Shown: positions 19,278 through 20,000 of the stretch, one piece after another
Layout of the letters: each line of letters starts with the position of its first letter
How positions within the stretch are numbered: the first letter of the stretch is position 1
Notes under the pieces: model-generated
Database searches by the model: none
Seen by the model: the letters and a program-made list of their open reading frames with translations, nothing else
What the model was told of the DNA's origin: nothing
From: Catajapyx aquilonaris
Lineage: Eukaryota
Reading direction: 5' to 3'
Assembly (NCBI GenBank): GCA_000934665.2
Contig: KZ538518.1
Span: 44,452 to 64,451, forward strand
Length of the DNA stretch: 20,000 nt
Program-made: the position numbers and the translations under genes

Positions 19278-19815
19278 GTCGTAGTCGACTGTACTACATA
19301 GTGTACGACCCCCTCGTACACATACTGTACCAAAATGCAACACAGTCGTCCTTGTCGTACTCTGTTATATACAACTGGTACAATACAGTCATCGCTCTAA
19401 TCTGAAACCTCGTCGTTAACACTACGGTCCTGAAACTCAGTCATCGTCATACTGTGCAAATATACCCTACTATGGAACACCGTCCTCGTCGTACTCGACT
19501 GTAGGCTACATAGTGTACAACCCCCTCATACTCATACTGTACCACAATGAAACACCGCCGTCCTCGTCGTACTCGACGTCTCGTCTCTCGACTGTACATA
19601 TGTGTACAATCCCCTCGGACACATGTTGTCCAAAATGCAACACCGTCGTCCTCGTCGTATACTCGACTGTACATAGTGTACAACCCCCTCATACTCATAC
19701 TGTACCACAATGAAACACCACCGTCCTCGTCGTACTCGACTGTACATAGTGTGCAACCCCCTCATACTCATACTGTACCACAATGAAACACCGTCCTATA
19801 GTCATACTCGACTGT
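19278..19815. repeat. Degenerate array of related ~70-90 bp monomers lacking the inverted segment
   Basis: Repeated caccgtcctcgtcgtactcgactgtacatagtgtacaaccccctcatactcatactgtaccacaatgaaa-like units from ~19478 to 19815, more eroded before that. Confidence 0.85.
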
Positions 19816-20000
19816 TCAACACCGTCTTCATCGCTCTACAAATATTTACTACCGGGTACTACGATCACTCGATAACCAGGTATTCATCACCGTCAACTAG
19901 GACCCCCACCTTCAGCGACTTCGTCCCTTCGGACATCTCGCCACCGCACCGCCAGGAACGTCATCTGCTCGGAACACACGTCACCAGCAGGAACCTCATC

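Noticed and set aside
18481..19786. Multiple ORFs up to 246 aa in the satellite
   Set aside because: Unit lengths of 125-133 nt shift frame between copies, so the ORFs are by-products of the repeat.
19880..20000. GC-rich end of window, possible end of a minus-strand ORF or start of a retroelement
   Set aside because: Too short and truncated; no recognisable protein motif.

Overview
Eukaryotic (animal, probably invertebrate; taxon not determinable) genomic DNA. The first ~12.2 kb hold the 3' part of a + strand multi-exon gene. Five clear phase-0/phase-0 coding exons (1278-1430, 2391-2540, 3615-4439, 4878-5012, 9848-9949 with TAG stop) give 454 aa of acidic, Ala/Pro/Glu/Lys-rich disordered protein, including nine 12-aa PAPVESPKVEAA repeats and LPPPPP motifs. 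There are also candidate microexons, a ~2.2-kb TE-free 3'UTR and an AATAAA at 12137. The start of the gene lies upstream of the window and I cannot name it. The introns and downstream region are full of small non-autonomous mobile elements: 80-200 bp TA-flanked palindromes, a Tigger-like MITE inserted into an inverted copy of itself, two tRNA-headed SINEs (short and long forms), two related CAAGGG-ended long-TIR elements with TNA target duplications (one with a nested MITE), a piggyBac-like MITE and a Helitron 3' end. A ~140-nt minus-strand structured segment resembles the 5' end of RTE-clade LINEs and is a candidate ribozyme-like RNA. The window ends in a hairpin-containing ~127-bp satellite derived from an adjacent ~70-bp monomer. 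No prokaryotic features (CRISPR, operons) are present.
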